Source: Sporopachydermia quercuum (Eukaryota). From it: 64,000 nucleotides of DNA. The DNA is taken from positions 996,138 to 1,060,137 of the forward strand of contig BCGN01000004.1 in assembly GCA_001599295.1 (NCBI GenBank). Direction: 5' to 3'. The notes under the pieces are model-generated. The model saw only the letters and a program-made list of their open reading frames with translations, made no database searches and was not told the DNA's origin. The translations under genes and the position numbers were made by a program. This document shows positions 45,913-58,860 of this stretch, piece by piece. Position 1 is the stretch's first letter. Each line of letters opens with the position of its first letter.

Positions 45913-47104
45913 TGCTCTTTAGCAGTGAAAAAAAAGTAATATTGCACAATTCAGATTGTGATACCTGATATTGAGAGTGATAGTTCCAAGTATGCACTCA
46001 GTGTAATAGAAAGCAATGAGTTAACTTGACATGCTTTAATTTCTCCTGAGCAAATCACTTCGTTTATTGGTCGTACACTCGAACACTAGCATAGTTAATA
46101 CAATCCTACTCTTACTAGATATATATCCAACCGAGAATCGTACAAAATGAAGAGACTTAACACTGCGTCTTTCATATTTTTTGCTTACTGTCTTTTCGTT
46201 TCTTTCCAACCAGCAGAATTGACGGTATCACATTAATGAACAATTGGGCAAATGTAGCAGATCAGAGATGTATACCTTATGTTTACGGGAACTTATCTCA
46301 ATTAGGCTACTTTACGGGTTCTTTATATCAGTTGGATTTACCTGAACTGTAAGGAGATGCAATGATGATCAATTGATCAGTTATGGCAGCGAGGAGGTAG
46401 TTAATGCCTATTGTAGAAATAAGGAAGAGATGTAATGATATGCATAAGTCTCGGCGCATAATAACCATTGACGTTGTATGGGTTGATAGGTAGGTGTGAT
46501 AAAGGAAGAAACCATTAGAAAGATAGTAAGCAGTGATATAAAACATACATCTGCCTGTATAAACATAAAAAAAGCACCTCCCAGTTTCGATAGCCGCTTA
46601 CAGAACAAGTTATACGAAGGGTGGGAAAACTAATTACCTACGAATCAAGAAACTTAAGGGCATATTTTCTTCCATCTTTGAATTAGCATCAAAATGTGTT
46701 GAGATGTGGTACTTTACTTTGCTTTTCAGACAATAAAAGTAAAATCAAAGTGATGTTGAGTCCTTTCACATGCTTTTCCATATATTGGACACAATACTAA
46801 TGATTTCAAAATACAAAATCTGATAACGGATTTGTATTAAGAAATTACCTGTTTTGAATTTACTTTTACAATCATGATTGTATTCCAACCACTCGAACCA
46901 TGGATCTGTTAAAATAAATTATTGTAGCTAGTGATATGTTCTAGTTTACCTTTGACCTATACTTACTAGTAAACGAGGAGTTGGATGATATTAGAAAATA
47001 TTGGGCTGGGGAATGCTATTGAGTTCTAAAGGTTATAAATTAAAGAAGAATTGAAGCTTTCACTTTAGACCTCGAAAGATAGAAGTTAACGTAGGAAAAG
47101 AGAT

Positions 47105-48047
47105 ATGTTGCGAATAACTAGTACAGTGTTGGTAGGATTCTTGACACTTGCTAAAATAGCCAGTTCTGAAGAGCTGAATCCTTTGGTTGTTCTGAGAATA
47201 GGTCCACTCTGTGTATTTTAAGACCGTTTTTGTTTTAAATCTCGCGGGCAATGATAGAACTAATATGATTCTATAGGAGAATGATGACTATCTGCAATGT
47301 CACAATTCAGCCCTCGAATTGTTGCTACAATGTGAAAGCACAGACAGCATCTGCCAATGTCACCAAGTTGAAAACATAAGAACCAGGTGCTTGGACCAAT
47401 GTCCATCATATGTAAGCAAACAGAATATCACCATAAATTTCCGTATTAATTTGTTGTAGATTTACAAAACTGACTAAAGAAAGAATGTTGACACTTTGTA
47501 TGCATTAAACGCTGTATGCAATGAAGAAGCTGAGGGAGCTCATATCATTGGCTTTGATACTTCCATTGAAGTTCTGTTTGACTATTTGACAAATGATGAA
47601 GATTATGATAAAATGAAGTACACTGAGAATATGATCATGCAAGCCATCGATTCTTCAGAAGAACGCCAAGAATCAAAAATAGAGCTTGAACAATTAATTC
47701 CTGGTTCTGACTCCGAAATATCAAATTACGCCTTACCTCTAGAAGCTCTTGAAATCAGCAAGAACTCAACTCTAAGTTCCGAAGAAACATCTTTTCGTCA
47801 GGAAAGTAACTCAAAAGAATCTTACTCTCCGTCAGTGACTGTTACTTCAACTCCAAATGCGACAAATATTGCATCTCATGGGTTCAGACAGAATGACAAC
47901 AATAAAGAATTCCATACTGAAACCGATGAATGGGATTCTGGAACATCAGTTATCAATGTTTCTTATAACTTAATCCTCATTTCATGTATTATATGGGCTG
48001 TCTTAACATTTATCCTTGTACAAGTATTTGGACAAATGAGTAATTAA
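47105..48047 (+). CDS. CFEM-like 8-Cys secreted, membrane- or GPI-anchored protein; predicted exons 47105-47212, 47277-47411 and 47484-48047
   Basis: Signal peptide MLRITSTVLVGFLTLAKIASS. The spliced Cys pattern is PLC-x7-C-x10-C-ESTDSI-CQC-x9-C-x3-C-x14-C, followed by an S/T-rich stalk and a hydrophobic C-terminus. Two splice sites are weak (GTATTT donor, AAG acceptor). Confidence 0.65.
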
Positions 48048-51000
48048 GTTTACAATCATCACCAGGTACAGAATATTCTTCCATAATCTTTCTTGGTGAA
48101 AGATGGAGACAAAGTAGTTAGTAACTTTCATAGGTACTCTTGTTTATTCATCTATTCAGAATACTCAGAAAAATTGTGTTTTCTATGATTAGCTAAATAT
48201 GGCAATAAAAAAATGCATTATCACCTAAAATTCAGCAATATACTGAAATATAGGAACTGCTAAAATCGTAAGTCTACAGGATCATTGCCTATGGATATTT
48301 CTATTAAGCAACAATCGCATTATGGAACTCCGCAAAATGTCGAATGTATATCTAAGTGTTTGATAGGAAAGTGTTTGCAATATATCTAACGGAGACAGCT
48401 AGTCGTTTCCTTGCATCCTTAACTAAGAGAGGGAATGAATGCGAGGTAACAAACAATTGGTGAACCAAGTATATTGTTGATCAATTGATATTGGGTTTAT
48501 TTGATACACAATCACTATAAATGTCATTTAATGTGTATTTTTTCTTCTCTAGTCTTTTTGTTCCTCTTTGTTTTTCTGTATAACTATAGGTACATGTCTA
48601 GTAAGCCGTATCAGATCTGGCTCTCTGAAAACCGAAAGGGAGCAGCAGGAACACTTTGAAATGTCCGAGTTTGGATCATCTGGAAGGGGTTAAACGCCAG
48701 CCACACCACATATTCATATATACCTACTTTGGGTACGGTTACGAGATTTTACGAACTACAAATTAGTGAACCCTTTTGGTGAAAGCCGAACATTTTGTCT
48801 TATTCCATGGACTATTCCTAACAACATTTATTGTGAACTTGTTCATAGTTTGTTCCATATATGATCTATATAAATATGTTAGTGCATCGCATTCGATCTT
48901 TTCTATATTCAGGAACATACTTTCACGAAAGTCATGACATGATGAAACAACAATGAAACAAGACAAATCGGTGAAACACAAACTAAGACATTGCAACGAT
49001 GTTTAAGGTTAGCTTTCAATATTTGGAATATTTGCCCTATTTAGGAATACAAAGCAATGAATTAATACTATTTTGTATTTAGATTATGAGTTAAATTAAC
49101 CCTAATATAGAGGCAGAGCTCGAATGTCTCGATTTGGTTCAATTGCCACTTATGGAAGACTCTCCGAAAGATCTGAAAAATCAAGTTTACTATTAAAGAA
49201 GAACACATAATCAAACAGATGATTATGCAGCATTTTGATTTAAAAATACGAGTTTCATTGAAATGAATTACGATCAGGAGTGAAACAATGAGCTTTTGTA
49301 CCGAACATATCAAATTCAATCACCATCGGCAACAATTCATTACCTCGGTCGCTTGAGAATCCAATGGCTATGATTTCTTCAAGCTGAAATGTTTGCCTCA
49401 AATACTTTTCTTTAAAGGGTCAAGTTTATTCATACACAGACAGTGTGGTTCGTTCTAATTAACGCTCTAATTCCATTCTGTAACCGGTTTAACTTTGGAC
49501 TCCAGTATCAACCCTGACATTATTATTCGGCTTTGGTAACATTCTGACATGACTCATAATGATTCATTGAGATCAGTAAATTATTCAAAACTACTCGTCC
49601 TTGTAACTATGGGTGCTTTCATATGGACATTAACAATGATAACAATGATCTAGGAATCAAAAGCTCTTACCTGAAATTGCAAACATTCTCCCATGAAACA
49701 AGGTTCGAAGAACAGAAAGAGAGGAAAGTAGATGCTCAATGCTAGGGATAGTACAGTTGAGAATCAAGAGGAGTGTTTGATTGGTTTGACATTTCCCGCT
49801 GATTACTACTTGTGATACTAAGCAGAAAGGAGAAAAAATAAAGGTGGTACTGATAATCATAAAAACAGGAGAATAATGACAATATCATAGCCTAAGCCAT
49901 ATTGAGATGGTAGTCACTTAGTCTGTATCTGAATTCTATTAGTGGAGAAGAAGTTTTCTCTCTATTTATGATTATATAATATGAAATGAAACCTGACATT
50001 ATTGACTCGGATTAACTTTCAACCTTTTTGTTCCTGAATTTTCTTTGACCATTGTAATTTCAAGATTTCGAGGGAATAGAGAGAGAAAACTTGCAATAAA
50101 AGAGTTGTCATTGTAAGTCCTGAAACAGATATAATGCTTTGCTTCTACTAAGTATTAAAATGTAATATTTGAGCTTCCAAAATGTATTGAAGCGTTGATT
50201 ATAGAATTAAACATCGGTAACTACGTCTAAGATTTAGTCGATGGAGACTCATTGTAGTACTATCCATATAAATATTGTACAGGGATCTCCTCCTGCCACA
50301 CTTAGTGAAACAAACAATCCGAGACTATTTACAGCAGATTAGAGCTATTAGCTGCCAAAACTTGATAATGCTGAAGTCGGAACAATACAAATAAAAAATT
50401 AGTCTACTGTTACTATTAGTTAATGCAACTGCTGTTCTAAATCTTAAGAATAGAACAATGCATGTTTCTTTCCTGTCAGAAACCATGATCCAAGAACAGG
50501 CGTCAGAACTTCAGTACCAAACACTCAAATTTACTTACATAATGCCATCCCTCTGATTGAATGACTTAAATCAAAGCAAAGTGAAGAAAATACAATTGTT
50601 TCAGGTAGGTAGCAGCGAATTACATTAAATATTGTACAATGAAGTTGTAAATGAATCTATGATTCACTTCCTTGTACTCTTATTCCTTATTATAGTAAAG
50701 AAATTCGTTATGATTTATTCCTAGAATACTCTCTCTCTTTTTCATTAAAGCAAATAAGAATTACATTCAGCTTTTCGTTTACCGATAAACTAGTTCCATA
50801 CCATCAATAGTTCAACACTTCCCTATCTTTTGATTCACTAAACAACGTTTTGTTGACTGTCAACTATTTTAAGTTAAGAAGAAAGTCCTTTTTATAGCCT
50901 CTGAGGTTAAGACTAACCGTGTAAAGCTAATTTCTCATTCTATTGTATGCAATGATAGAGTATTGTGTCAAAGTTTCCTTTTGTCATGACATTGTATATA

Positions 51001-51438
51001 ATCACAGAGTTGATTAGTACAAAATAAGCTTTACCATTTAATTTTCCCAATACAGGTTTTCGTCTTCAATAATGAATGGACCTTCTCATGATTTGCGATT
51101 GAAATGTAATGGGCCTGGATTCATACAATCAATTATTTTTCTTTCTTACCATTTGTTTTGTTCACTTTCAACATGAACAGGTCTATTTTTATGAACAAAC
51201 ATCGCTAGATTGATAAGATACACTGCAACCTTTCGTACTTTTTCTCCTTGTCAGAAGTTACCCATAGAAAACAAAGGAAAAGTGACAAGAAGCTCATTAT
51301 TGGATAAAGCAGAATCAATCAAAACGACTAAAGTTCAGTTTTTTGACAGCTTAGATGTCATAAATCGTACGTGAGGATCTCGTATGGGTAGGGTATCAAA
51401 GTTTTTGAGTTCTTATGTACTAGTAGTATAGATACAAT

Positions 51439-53271
51439 ATGGCTGGAACAGCTCAATCATCCGGGTATACTGAGAGCTCACCAGATGGAACGGATGCAAA
51501 TCAATCGGTAAGCGACGCTAGTAGCCAAGCGTTAGAGCATAATGATAGCAACAAAAGTGAAGAGGTTTCAACGCCGTCTTCTGGGACAAAACCTAGTGGT
51601 AAGGGTCACTTTAGCGGATCGGGCTTTACACAAGCTATTAGACAAAAACTTCGGTTTGATGATGAAGCGACATGGAGAAGATTTTCAGCAAGACGGCTGG
51701 AATTGATTGACAAATATTCTTTAGCAACAAGAAAAGGTTCAGAACAATATAACGAGATTCGAACAGTAGCTGAAATGTTGAGACAAGAGTACGGATACAC
51801 AAAGGAAACCATCTTTGATTTCGATAAGTTGGTGCTGGCAGGGATTCAATCGGTAAGAAGAAATAGGAAAAGGCCAAATAAATCACGGAAGGAAAATCAA
51901 AAGTTTATCAATACGAATAACTCCACCAAGTTTATCAGCTATGATGCATCAGCGCCCATGATGAAGCAAAAGTCTAGTAAAAGTAGTACTGATGATGATG
52001 ATCCTGAAGGGTTCTCCTTGAAGAGAGCTAAATTTGGCCTAGTTAATAATTCAGCATCAAGCGACCAACCATTATCTTATAATCCCTTCATGACTTATAT
52101 TCCTTCTCAACCTTTCCTTCCCCCAGTGACGCAACCTCAACCAATTGGTTCAATGTCTCAATCTATACCTCCTCAAACGCAAATGGCTCCAGCTGGGCTT
52201 CCAAGCTTACCTATTTACAATGTATCACATGGGCTTGCGTCCGTTCCAGGACAATTCATATTACCACAAAACACAACATCCTATTCCATATTGTCCACTC
52301 CAACGTCTTCAGGAGTTTCTTCTAATGAAGCAGATGTGGATGTATTCATCAAGTACCTAATACAGCACAGTGCTTTCTTTCCTCCAGAAATCAAGAGCCA
52401 GTTTGCTGAATCTTGCACGAAATCTCAAAGCATCAAACAATTATTAGATCATCGCAAAGTAAACGAAGGAATATCTGGCAGAAGGGTTTTTGAAGCTGAA
52501 TTGATTGCATTGAAAGATGTAGGCTCCCATATCTGGGCGGCGTCAATGATTCTGGCTATCAATGAATACCGTAAAGTGAATGAGAAACTGGCGCCTGTGG
52601 ACTTTGAAAGGATAAGTTTTCTAGTGTTCAGGAGTTTCAATAACAATAAGTTTTCACAATTTGTCTTTGAAGAGCTTGAAATTGAATTTCTAAAAAATAA
52701 TTTACTTTTGTCCAAGAACTCTTTCATGGTGAAAGAATATCTTAATGGTAATGTCGGACTTTTTCTCCATGTAATAATTGGGGCTTTGTTCAAAGACGAG
52801 CTAATCGCATATGAGCTATGTCGACGATTTGCTACAGCATCGGTAGATAAGGCAGTGGCACGATGCATTGAGATTTGTAGGGAGGTTGGATCGGTTGATA
52901 TTTCAAAGCTTTTACCTCCTCCTCCATCAATCCCTTCGACATCGCCCAATCCAATGGTGAAACCAGTGACGTTAAGGTTTGTCAATTCGCAGTTGAATTT
53001 CACATTTAATGCTGAAGCTAATAGTCCCCCGACTATGACTGAGCTTATAGAGAATGGGAAGACGGCATTCCATATTGTGGATACAAAGATTTTGAAACTT
53101 AGGGATATGTCAAATAATCAGATACTGGCATCCGATCAAGAACTCGAATTAGTTTTCAAGAATCAAGATAACATCAATCTAGAGCTGTTGAAAACCCACC
53201 CATCTCTTCCTGCTCCATTACCATTACCCCCAATTAGAGGCTCTAATGGGACTTTCCACAAACTGCTATGA
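51439..53271 (+). CDS. VHR1: Vhr1-family transcription factor
   Basis: G.TQAIRQKLRFDDEATWRRFSARRLELIDKY.L..RK.SEQ...FDKLV.AGIQSVRRNRKR Vhr1 domain. Confidence 0.85.
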   Translation: MAGTAQSSGYTESSPDGTDANQSVSDASSQALEHNDSNKSEEVSTPSSGTKPSGKGHFSGSGFTQAIRQKLRFDDEATWRRFSARRLELIDKYSLATRKGSEQYNEIRTVAEMLRQEYGYTKETIFDFDKLVLAGIQSVRRNRKRPNKSRKENQKFINTNNSTKFISYDASAPMMKQKSSKSSTDDDDPEGFSLKRAKFGLVNNSASSDQPLSYNPFMTYIPSQPFLPPVTQPQPIGSMSQSIPPQTQMAPAGLPSLPIYNVSHGLASVPGQFILPQNTTSYSILSTPTSSGVSSNEADVDVFIKYLIQHSAFFPPEIKSQFAESCTKSQSIKQLLDHRKVNEGISGRRVFEAELIALKDVGSHIWAASMILAINEYRKVNEKLAPVDFERISFLVFRSFNNNKFSQFVFEELEIEFLKNNLLLSKNSFMVKEYLNGNVGLFLHVIIGALFKDELIAYELCRRFATASVDKAVARCIEICREVGSVDISKLLPPPPSIPSTSPNPMVKPVTLRFVNSQLNFTFNAEANSPPTMTELIENGKTAFHIVDTKILKLRDMSNNQILASDQELELVFKNQDNINLELLKTHPSLPAPLPLPPIRGSNGTFHKLL

Positions 53272-53588
53272 CGTGCATATGTATAATTTACTATATTACA
53301 TGAAGTGTATTCTATTTTAAACGTTATGTCAATAGATAAACGAATATAAAACACATTACAGTATCAAGAATTTAAAGTAACTATCATAAACTGACATTAG
53401 GTATATACCAACAAAACATAATATACATCCTGAAACTTCCATTCGTATGATAGTTAGATTCAGCAATCAGTCAAACAGAACAATCAAAAATTCAAAAAGG
53501 TATTAGGGTTATATAAAATTAAAAAGTATAGCGATTTTCATTAAGAAATCACAAATAATGATGAATTCTGTTCTGTCCGATTATTTAA

Positions 53589-54551
53589 TTAATGCGAGCT
53601 ATTAGAACGCTCTCTTCTGACCTTCAAGAATGAAATGCCAGTGCCAGCACGTTGATTTTCGACTGGAGCAGTGGCATTTGAATCAACGAGATCAGAACTG
53701 TCAGCCGGATCGTAAGTAGTAGCTTCTGGTTGAGCTCCTTCGGTTGCTGGTTCCCTCTTCCTGAAGAAACCCCACTTCGATTCTGTCTTTTCACTATATG
53801 GAGCTCTTTGGAAAGAAGAGTTATCAGCCAATTCTGGATCCACTACCGCTGTTCCTTCTGGGTATCCTTGAGAATAAGCCCTATAAGAAGCGCTTCCTCT
53901 GATACATTTACAGCACGAGGCGACAAACACTAGTAGAGTGAGAGCAGTAGCAGCCCATGTGAAACCTTGCATCTTAGCACCAATTTTGGCAGAGAAATCA
54001 GACTGATCATTATATTCATTTCTACCAAGAACAATAGCAGCAGTAGCCAAAGCAGATGCTGTCATTGTGAAAAGAGTAGCCAAGAACAACGAAATTGTGT
54101 TGACAACAGTGAAGAAGTAGGCACAAGCAGAAAGGACAGTTAAGAAGAGTGACACAACTGCAAAGAACAAGGCAATGATGTAGAAAGCAAAATAGAATCT
54201 ACTAAGATAGTAATAAGTATCTTGAGATGAAATAAAACCTCCCACAATGAATGCTCGTCTTGGTGAGTCAAGTGGGTCTTCCGCAAAATTGTTCTCTGGT
54301 GAGAAAGGCAAAGCGGCAGTTGGGTTACCACATGTGTAAGTATTCCAGCCGTCGGTTGACTCACAGATACGCCAGAAATACCAACGCAAGGAATAATTAT
54401 CAGTTGTATGAGTAACTTGAATCCATTCGAATTCATCCAAAGGTGTTGTCATCTTTGCTCCCGACAAAATAATGAGAAAGAGGAACAAAATTGCTCCCGC
54501 TAAGAAGAGGATGGGTCCAACCCTCCAAAGTATTCTGAATAGGATAAACAT
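53589..54551 (-). CDS. SUR7: Sur7/PalI-family tetraspan eisosome (MCC) protein
   Basis: Four TM segments, RW.FW..C...C claudin-like loop, A.PFSP..NF, YYYLSRF.FAFY and AKIG.KM.GF.WA. Confidence 0.85.
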   Translation of the reverse strand: MFILFRILWRVGPILFLAGAILFLFLIILSGAKMTTPLDEFEWIQVTHTTDNYSLRWYFWRICESTDGWNTYTCGNPTAALPFSPENNFAEDPLDSPRRAFIVGGFISSQDTYYYLSRFYFAFYIIALFFAVVSLFLTVLSACAYFFTVVNTISLFLATLFTMTASALATAAIVLGRNEYNDQSDFSAKIGAKMQGFTWAATALTLLVFVASCCKCIRGSASYRAYSQGYPEGTAVVDPELADNSSFQRAPYSEKTESKWGFFRKREPATEGAQPEATTYDPADSSDLVDSNATAPVENQRAGTGISFLKVRRERSNSSH

Positions 54552-57123
54552 CTTTATATAATAGCAGTCAAAATATATCTCTTTATTAGTCTTTCTAGTC
54601 TTCTGATATTCAATTGTTGTGATAAATCTAAGGGAATGTCTTTGTTAGCTTTTTCCTTATGATATTCTTAGTAGGATATTCTGAGAATATATAGAATGTA
54701 TACTCTCTCCCCATCCAAGTATTGGTTCCAATTAGCCTGCCCCAAGTTAAAAATTCTACATACATTTGCAACTTCAATCGCAATTAAAATTGTTCATAAT
54801 ACATTAATTACTATAATAAAATAGATAGCTACTAAGCATAAGATGAACAGTATTGGATTAGAAGACAACTTCTCATAGAGAGGAAGAGATAATTTATTTT
54901 CTTCTTGGTTCTTTTGAACTTCGTCTTTCCTTTTCTTTGTTTGTTTTCTTTCCTTTTGGTCCAGTTGAGGTGATGCGCAACTTTAATTTAGGTCTGAACT
55001 TTATTTCTACATTTACAGGACATTGCATTGCATTGCACGATGCATTGCAGAGAAATCTGAAAAAAATACTTAAGTAGGCTTTGAAGGAGGCAGTATTGTT
55101 ATATGAAACTCGACGGTTACTGACAAATAATAGGGTCATAATATTAATTATTGCCTATTTGTTAAGAAAGTTCATTTATATTAACTACAGTAGTTGGAAT
55201 AGGTTCTTGCGGCAATACATCGGCGAACACAGACAATGATTCTCAGTGTAACATGAGAATTAATCCTTAAAAATGGGGTGCTTATTAAAGTTCGTAATGA
55301 ATTAATATATTCTGTTTTGGGACGAAGTCTAATTGTGATGAAAAGGAGAGTTCAAGNAGCTTTGGTGCTTCATTCAAGTAGTATAAGCAAAATGTTTACA
55401 TTTTGAAGACAACATAGCAGTTGTTAGCATTAAATCACAGCAATGATTAACAGAGTAAATAATTTACTTCATAGTGTTTTGAATAGTTAAGTTTTATGTG
55501 TATTCCGATAATAAGTGTTTATGGGTCACAGCCCCTTAGTCAACCAGAATATTTCAGGTTAACATGTAAGGTATATTTTGTATGAGAAGCTCCGCCCTTA
55601 CATTTCGCCCTGTTTAACAATGAATTTCGGTCTACGTAAATGTACAATTCAAATGTAATTTTTAATGGTGAGAAAATGATGAGGTTACAAGTTGCGTAAT
55701 CTAATTATTTTTTTTCTCAGACGTTGATCTTGTCGAAGTGAAAAGTTATTTATATCTTGCTGATGTCAACTCTTCTGGAAACAAAAGGTCATTTCTCTGG
55801 CTGAGAAAGTAGAACTTATTGTTAAGTAGGCTGACAACATAACCACTCAGTATATAGAAGATCCTTCTAACTAAGGTAGTAAATAATCAAGAACTGCTGT
55901 CCATGTCGTCAGATATTGGGCTCAAAAACCATTGATGTTAAAGATACTTCAACTCGAAACACACACTGTTATTTAATTCTGCCATTTTGTCATTTTACTG
56001 ATTCTATCGAAAATCCTGGTTCGGTTAGAATCATCATTTATTCATTCGCATCAATTAAATATACCGTATTTCGCAGAGTAGTTACTGTGATACTATACAA
56101 ATCTCCCATAAATCGATTTAGAAATTGCTTTGTTCATCTCTTGTACATCATTTGAGGCGCCCAAAAGAAACGTTTTCTGTCCAAAAATAGTCATCTATAA
56201 ACGTCACTGCATGAATCCTGCATTACAGAGAATTACATCACTATACATTCAAGTTGCATTGAAGTTTATTGTTTAATTTTTAGCTTTCTGCAATGGTATG
56301 CAATCACATGCAAGGATCATCGGTTAGGAATTGCCGTAAGACTTCAGAACTTATATTATTTATCATCACAGGTATATATGACTATCAACTATTATTGAAT
56401 TAAGCTTGATATTTTCTCCCAATAGAGCTATTTGAGATAGTCAATAAAAAGATTCTTTATGTTTTTTTGGTGCTTGTAATAGTCCTTAATTGTCCAACCG
56501 TTGCAGTAGTATGTGGTTCATTTAAAATCCAATAGCCAATGTAATAATTACGGAAACAATAGTGAAATTTTCGGAGAATATAGATCTATTCTTATCTTTT
56601 ATTCAGGTACCTTATGAATTATATACTAATAATGGTTGTCACTTTATCATCTCTCAATGAACTCTCCATGAGAAACAAAAATCACGAAAGGAGAGGAAAT
56701 TCAGAGTATTTTTTAGACAATCTACTAACTAATGCGGAATACACCGTATGTAATATTAAACTAGATATCGGAGACCACAGGCAAATACCTTCTGTTCTTT
56801 TCAATTTTAACCTAAACAATTACGAATTATCCTTTCCATTGATTGATTAATGTATGAGGATTCATATAAGTTTATCACTTTAAAAGAAGGCGATTTCAAC
56901 GCTAAGAATAACTAAAAGCTTTATAATAAGGGCAAGTGTGATATATACACTCTGATTGAAATCACTGTGTTAACAGAAGAGAATCAGATGTTATTTGACA
57001 TAGTGGACAGACATCTCAACAAGTCATGGGGCTGTAACTAGAGGAGGTACAGAAACAAGGAGAAACAGCAAACACGAATTTTGCCATAAATAACTGGCAG
57101 AAACCTTCTTGAAATTTTCTAAT

Positions 57124-58860
57124 ATGAAGACGAAGTCCAAGAAACTTGGAAAGCCAACGCCAACAACGAACACTAATGCCTTGACAGCAGCGGCGCTGGC
57201 TGCGAGCGCCATAGCTTCTCAGAAAGACCAATCGAAACAGCTGCCAATAGCTCAACCCCCAGTCAGAACTAGACATAGAACACATCGCTCACAGAAAAGT
57301 TCTAGCCACTACAATGAAGGATTTTTAAGTTCTAGAACAAGTTTAAGAAAGCCCAATGGTAATAAAGTCACTGTTCCTCTCGGATCATACNCATTAGGTG
57401 TTCCCATGACACCCTCCTCGTCATCATATNCCACCAAATCAAGTATTCCAGAACCACTACAGCCGGTGCGGGAGTCAAATCAGATTGCTTCTAATATTGC
57501 GTCAAATGCTGCTCAAGCTGCTATAAAGGATCATAGGTTGAGTTCTGAGGCCTTGAATCAAGCTGAGCAAGCAAACGAGGTACCTGTCATTCTGCCTATA
57601 AACCACTCAGATTCTGCTAGTGTTTCAGACGCTATTTCATACGATCCACCAAGTAAGACCTCTGAAGACAAAGATACGAATAACGAATTGCTACTGCCAC
57701 GGTGTTACTATTATTCGAATTCAAGTTCCGAATCCTTATCTTCAGGAGCTAGTGATATTCCAGATTATGGATATGAACAATTAAAAGTTCATCTTGATGA
57801 TCTTTTAATTGCTGATTCTGGGTCTTCAATTGCGACTGCTTCTGGTTCTGCCTCACCAGCAGGCTCTATTTCAGCTATATCGTTGGCAGATAGTACTGAT
57901 TTACCGCCTGACGTAGAAAGAAGTAAGGTCAACGGATCTTTACGCGAGAGAAAAACTTCTCAGACTCAGCAACAACCGCAGAAACTGCAAAGAAAACTTC
58001 CACCAAGTATGTTGAACAGAGAATCAGAATCTGGTAATAAAGCCGTGAAGAATGTTGAAAACTTGGATTCAAGTACACCTTTGAATTGCTCAATTGCGGC
58101 AACTCCAGTTGCAGTTAATGAATCAGATAATAAAAATATTCTGAAGATAGAGCCATTGCAAATTGAGCTACAAGGGCCATCGAATAAACAAGATATACCC
58201 ATTTCGAAATCAACTGGAATGACCCTACGGAAACAGCCTATTCAATCACAAAGTAGTAACTCGGTCAATAACCTAAGCAGTGCATCTTCAGTTTATTTTC
58301 AGCCTAATCCTTCAAGTACGTCGTTGCTGAATTCTATATATAACTATCAACAACCGAAACAAAACACAGTGCATTTAAGAACGTCAATGAGAAAAGAGAA
58401 GAAACGAAAAACTTTCAACAAAGAAAAGCCATGGAAGAATCACACTGAAATTTACGTTACTGATATGGAGAGGAAACGTTATGAAGGTCTATGGGGAGCA
58501 AATAGGGGAAATTATATCACACCGAAAGAGCTAGAAAATATAGAAGAAAGTAATGATCCATCTGATTTTATTCACTCTTTCGTTGTAAGAGATCTATGGT
58601 CAAGATCAGGACTAAGTATGTCAATTTTATCGAAAATTTGGTCGTTAGTGCAACCTAAGCCAATAGGTCTCCTAAACAGAGAACAGTTCCTGGTTGGCAT
58701 GTGGCTGGTGGATCAATGTTTATATGGGAAGAGACTACCGAGTGTTGTTGATGATGTTGTATGGAATTCTGTTGCAAGATTTCATGTTAATGTTTCTTCA
58801 AAATCCTTTAAATCCAAATCCTCATTAAACAAAAAGATTGCTAAACCGCAGAAGAGCTAG
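57124..58860 (+). CDS. IRS4: Irs4/Tax4-family EH-domain protein
   Basis: LRTSMRK...FNKEKPWKNH, ERKRYEGLWGANRG, VVRDLWSRSGL, REQFLVGMWLVDQCLYGKRLP..V...VWNSV. First ATG is at 57124. Confidence 0.88.
   Translation: MKTKSKKLGKPTPTTNTNALTAAALAASAIASQKDQSKQLPIAQPPVRTRHRTHRSQKSSSHYNEGFLSSRTSLRKPNGNKVTVPLGSYXLGVPMTPSSSSYXTKSSIPEPLQPVRESNQIASNIASNAAQAAIKDHRLSSEALNQAEQANEVPVILPINHSDSASVSDAISYDPPSKTSEDKDTNNELLLPRCYYYSNSSSESLSSGASDIPDYGYEQLKVHLDDLLIADSGSSIATASGSASPAGSISAISLADSTDLPPDVERSKVNGSLRERKTSQTQQQPQKLQRKLPPSMLNRESESGNKAVKNVENLDSSTPLNCSIAATPVAVNESDNKNILKIEPLQIELQGPSNKQDIPISKSTGMTLRKQPIQSQSSNSVNNLSSASSVYFQPNPSSTSLLNSIYNYQQPKQNTVHLRTSMRKEKKRKTFNKEKPWKNHTEIYVTDMERKRYEGLWGANRGNYITPKELENIEESNDPSDFIHSFVVRDLWSRSGLSMSILSKIWSLVQPKPIGLLNREQFLVGMWLVDQCLYGKRLPSVVDDVVWNSVARFHVNVSSKSFKSKSSLNKKIAKPQKS

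Noticed and set aside
48048..51438. Possible centromere in the long gene-free interval
   Set aside because: No CDEI/CDEIII-like elements, inverted repeats or LTR clusters were seen. It could simply be the VHR1 upstream region.
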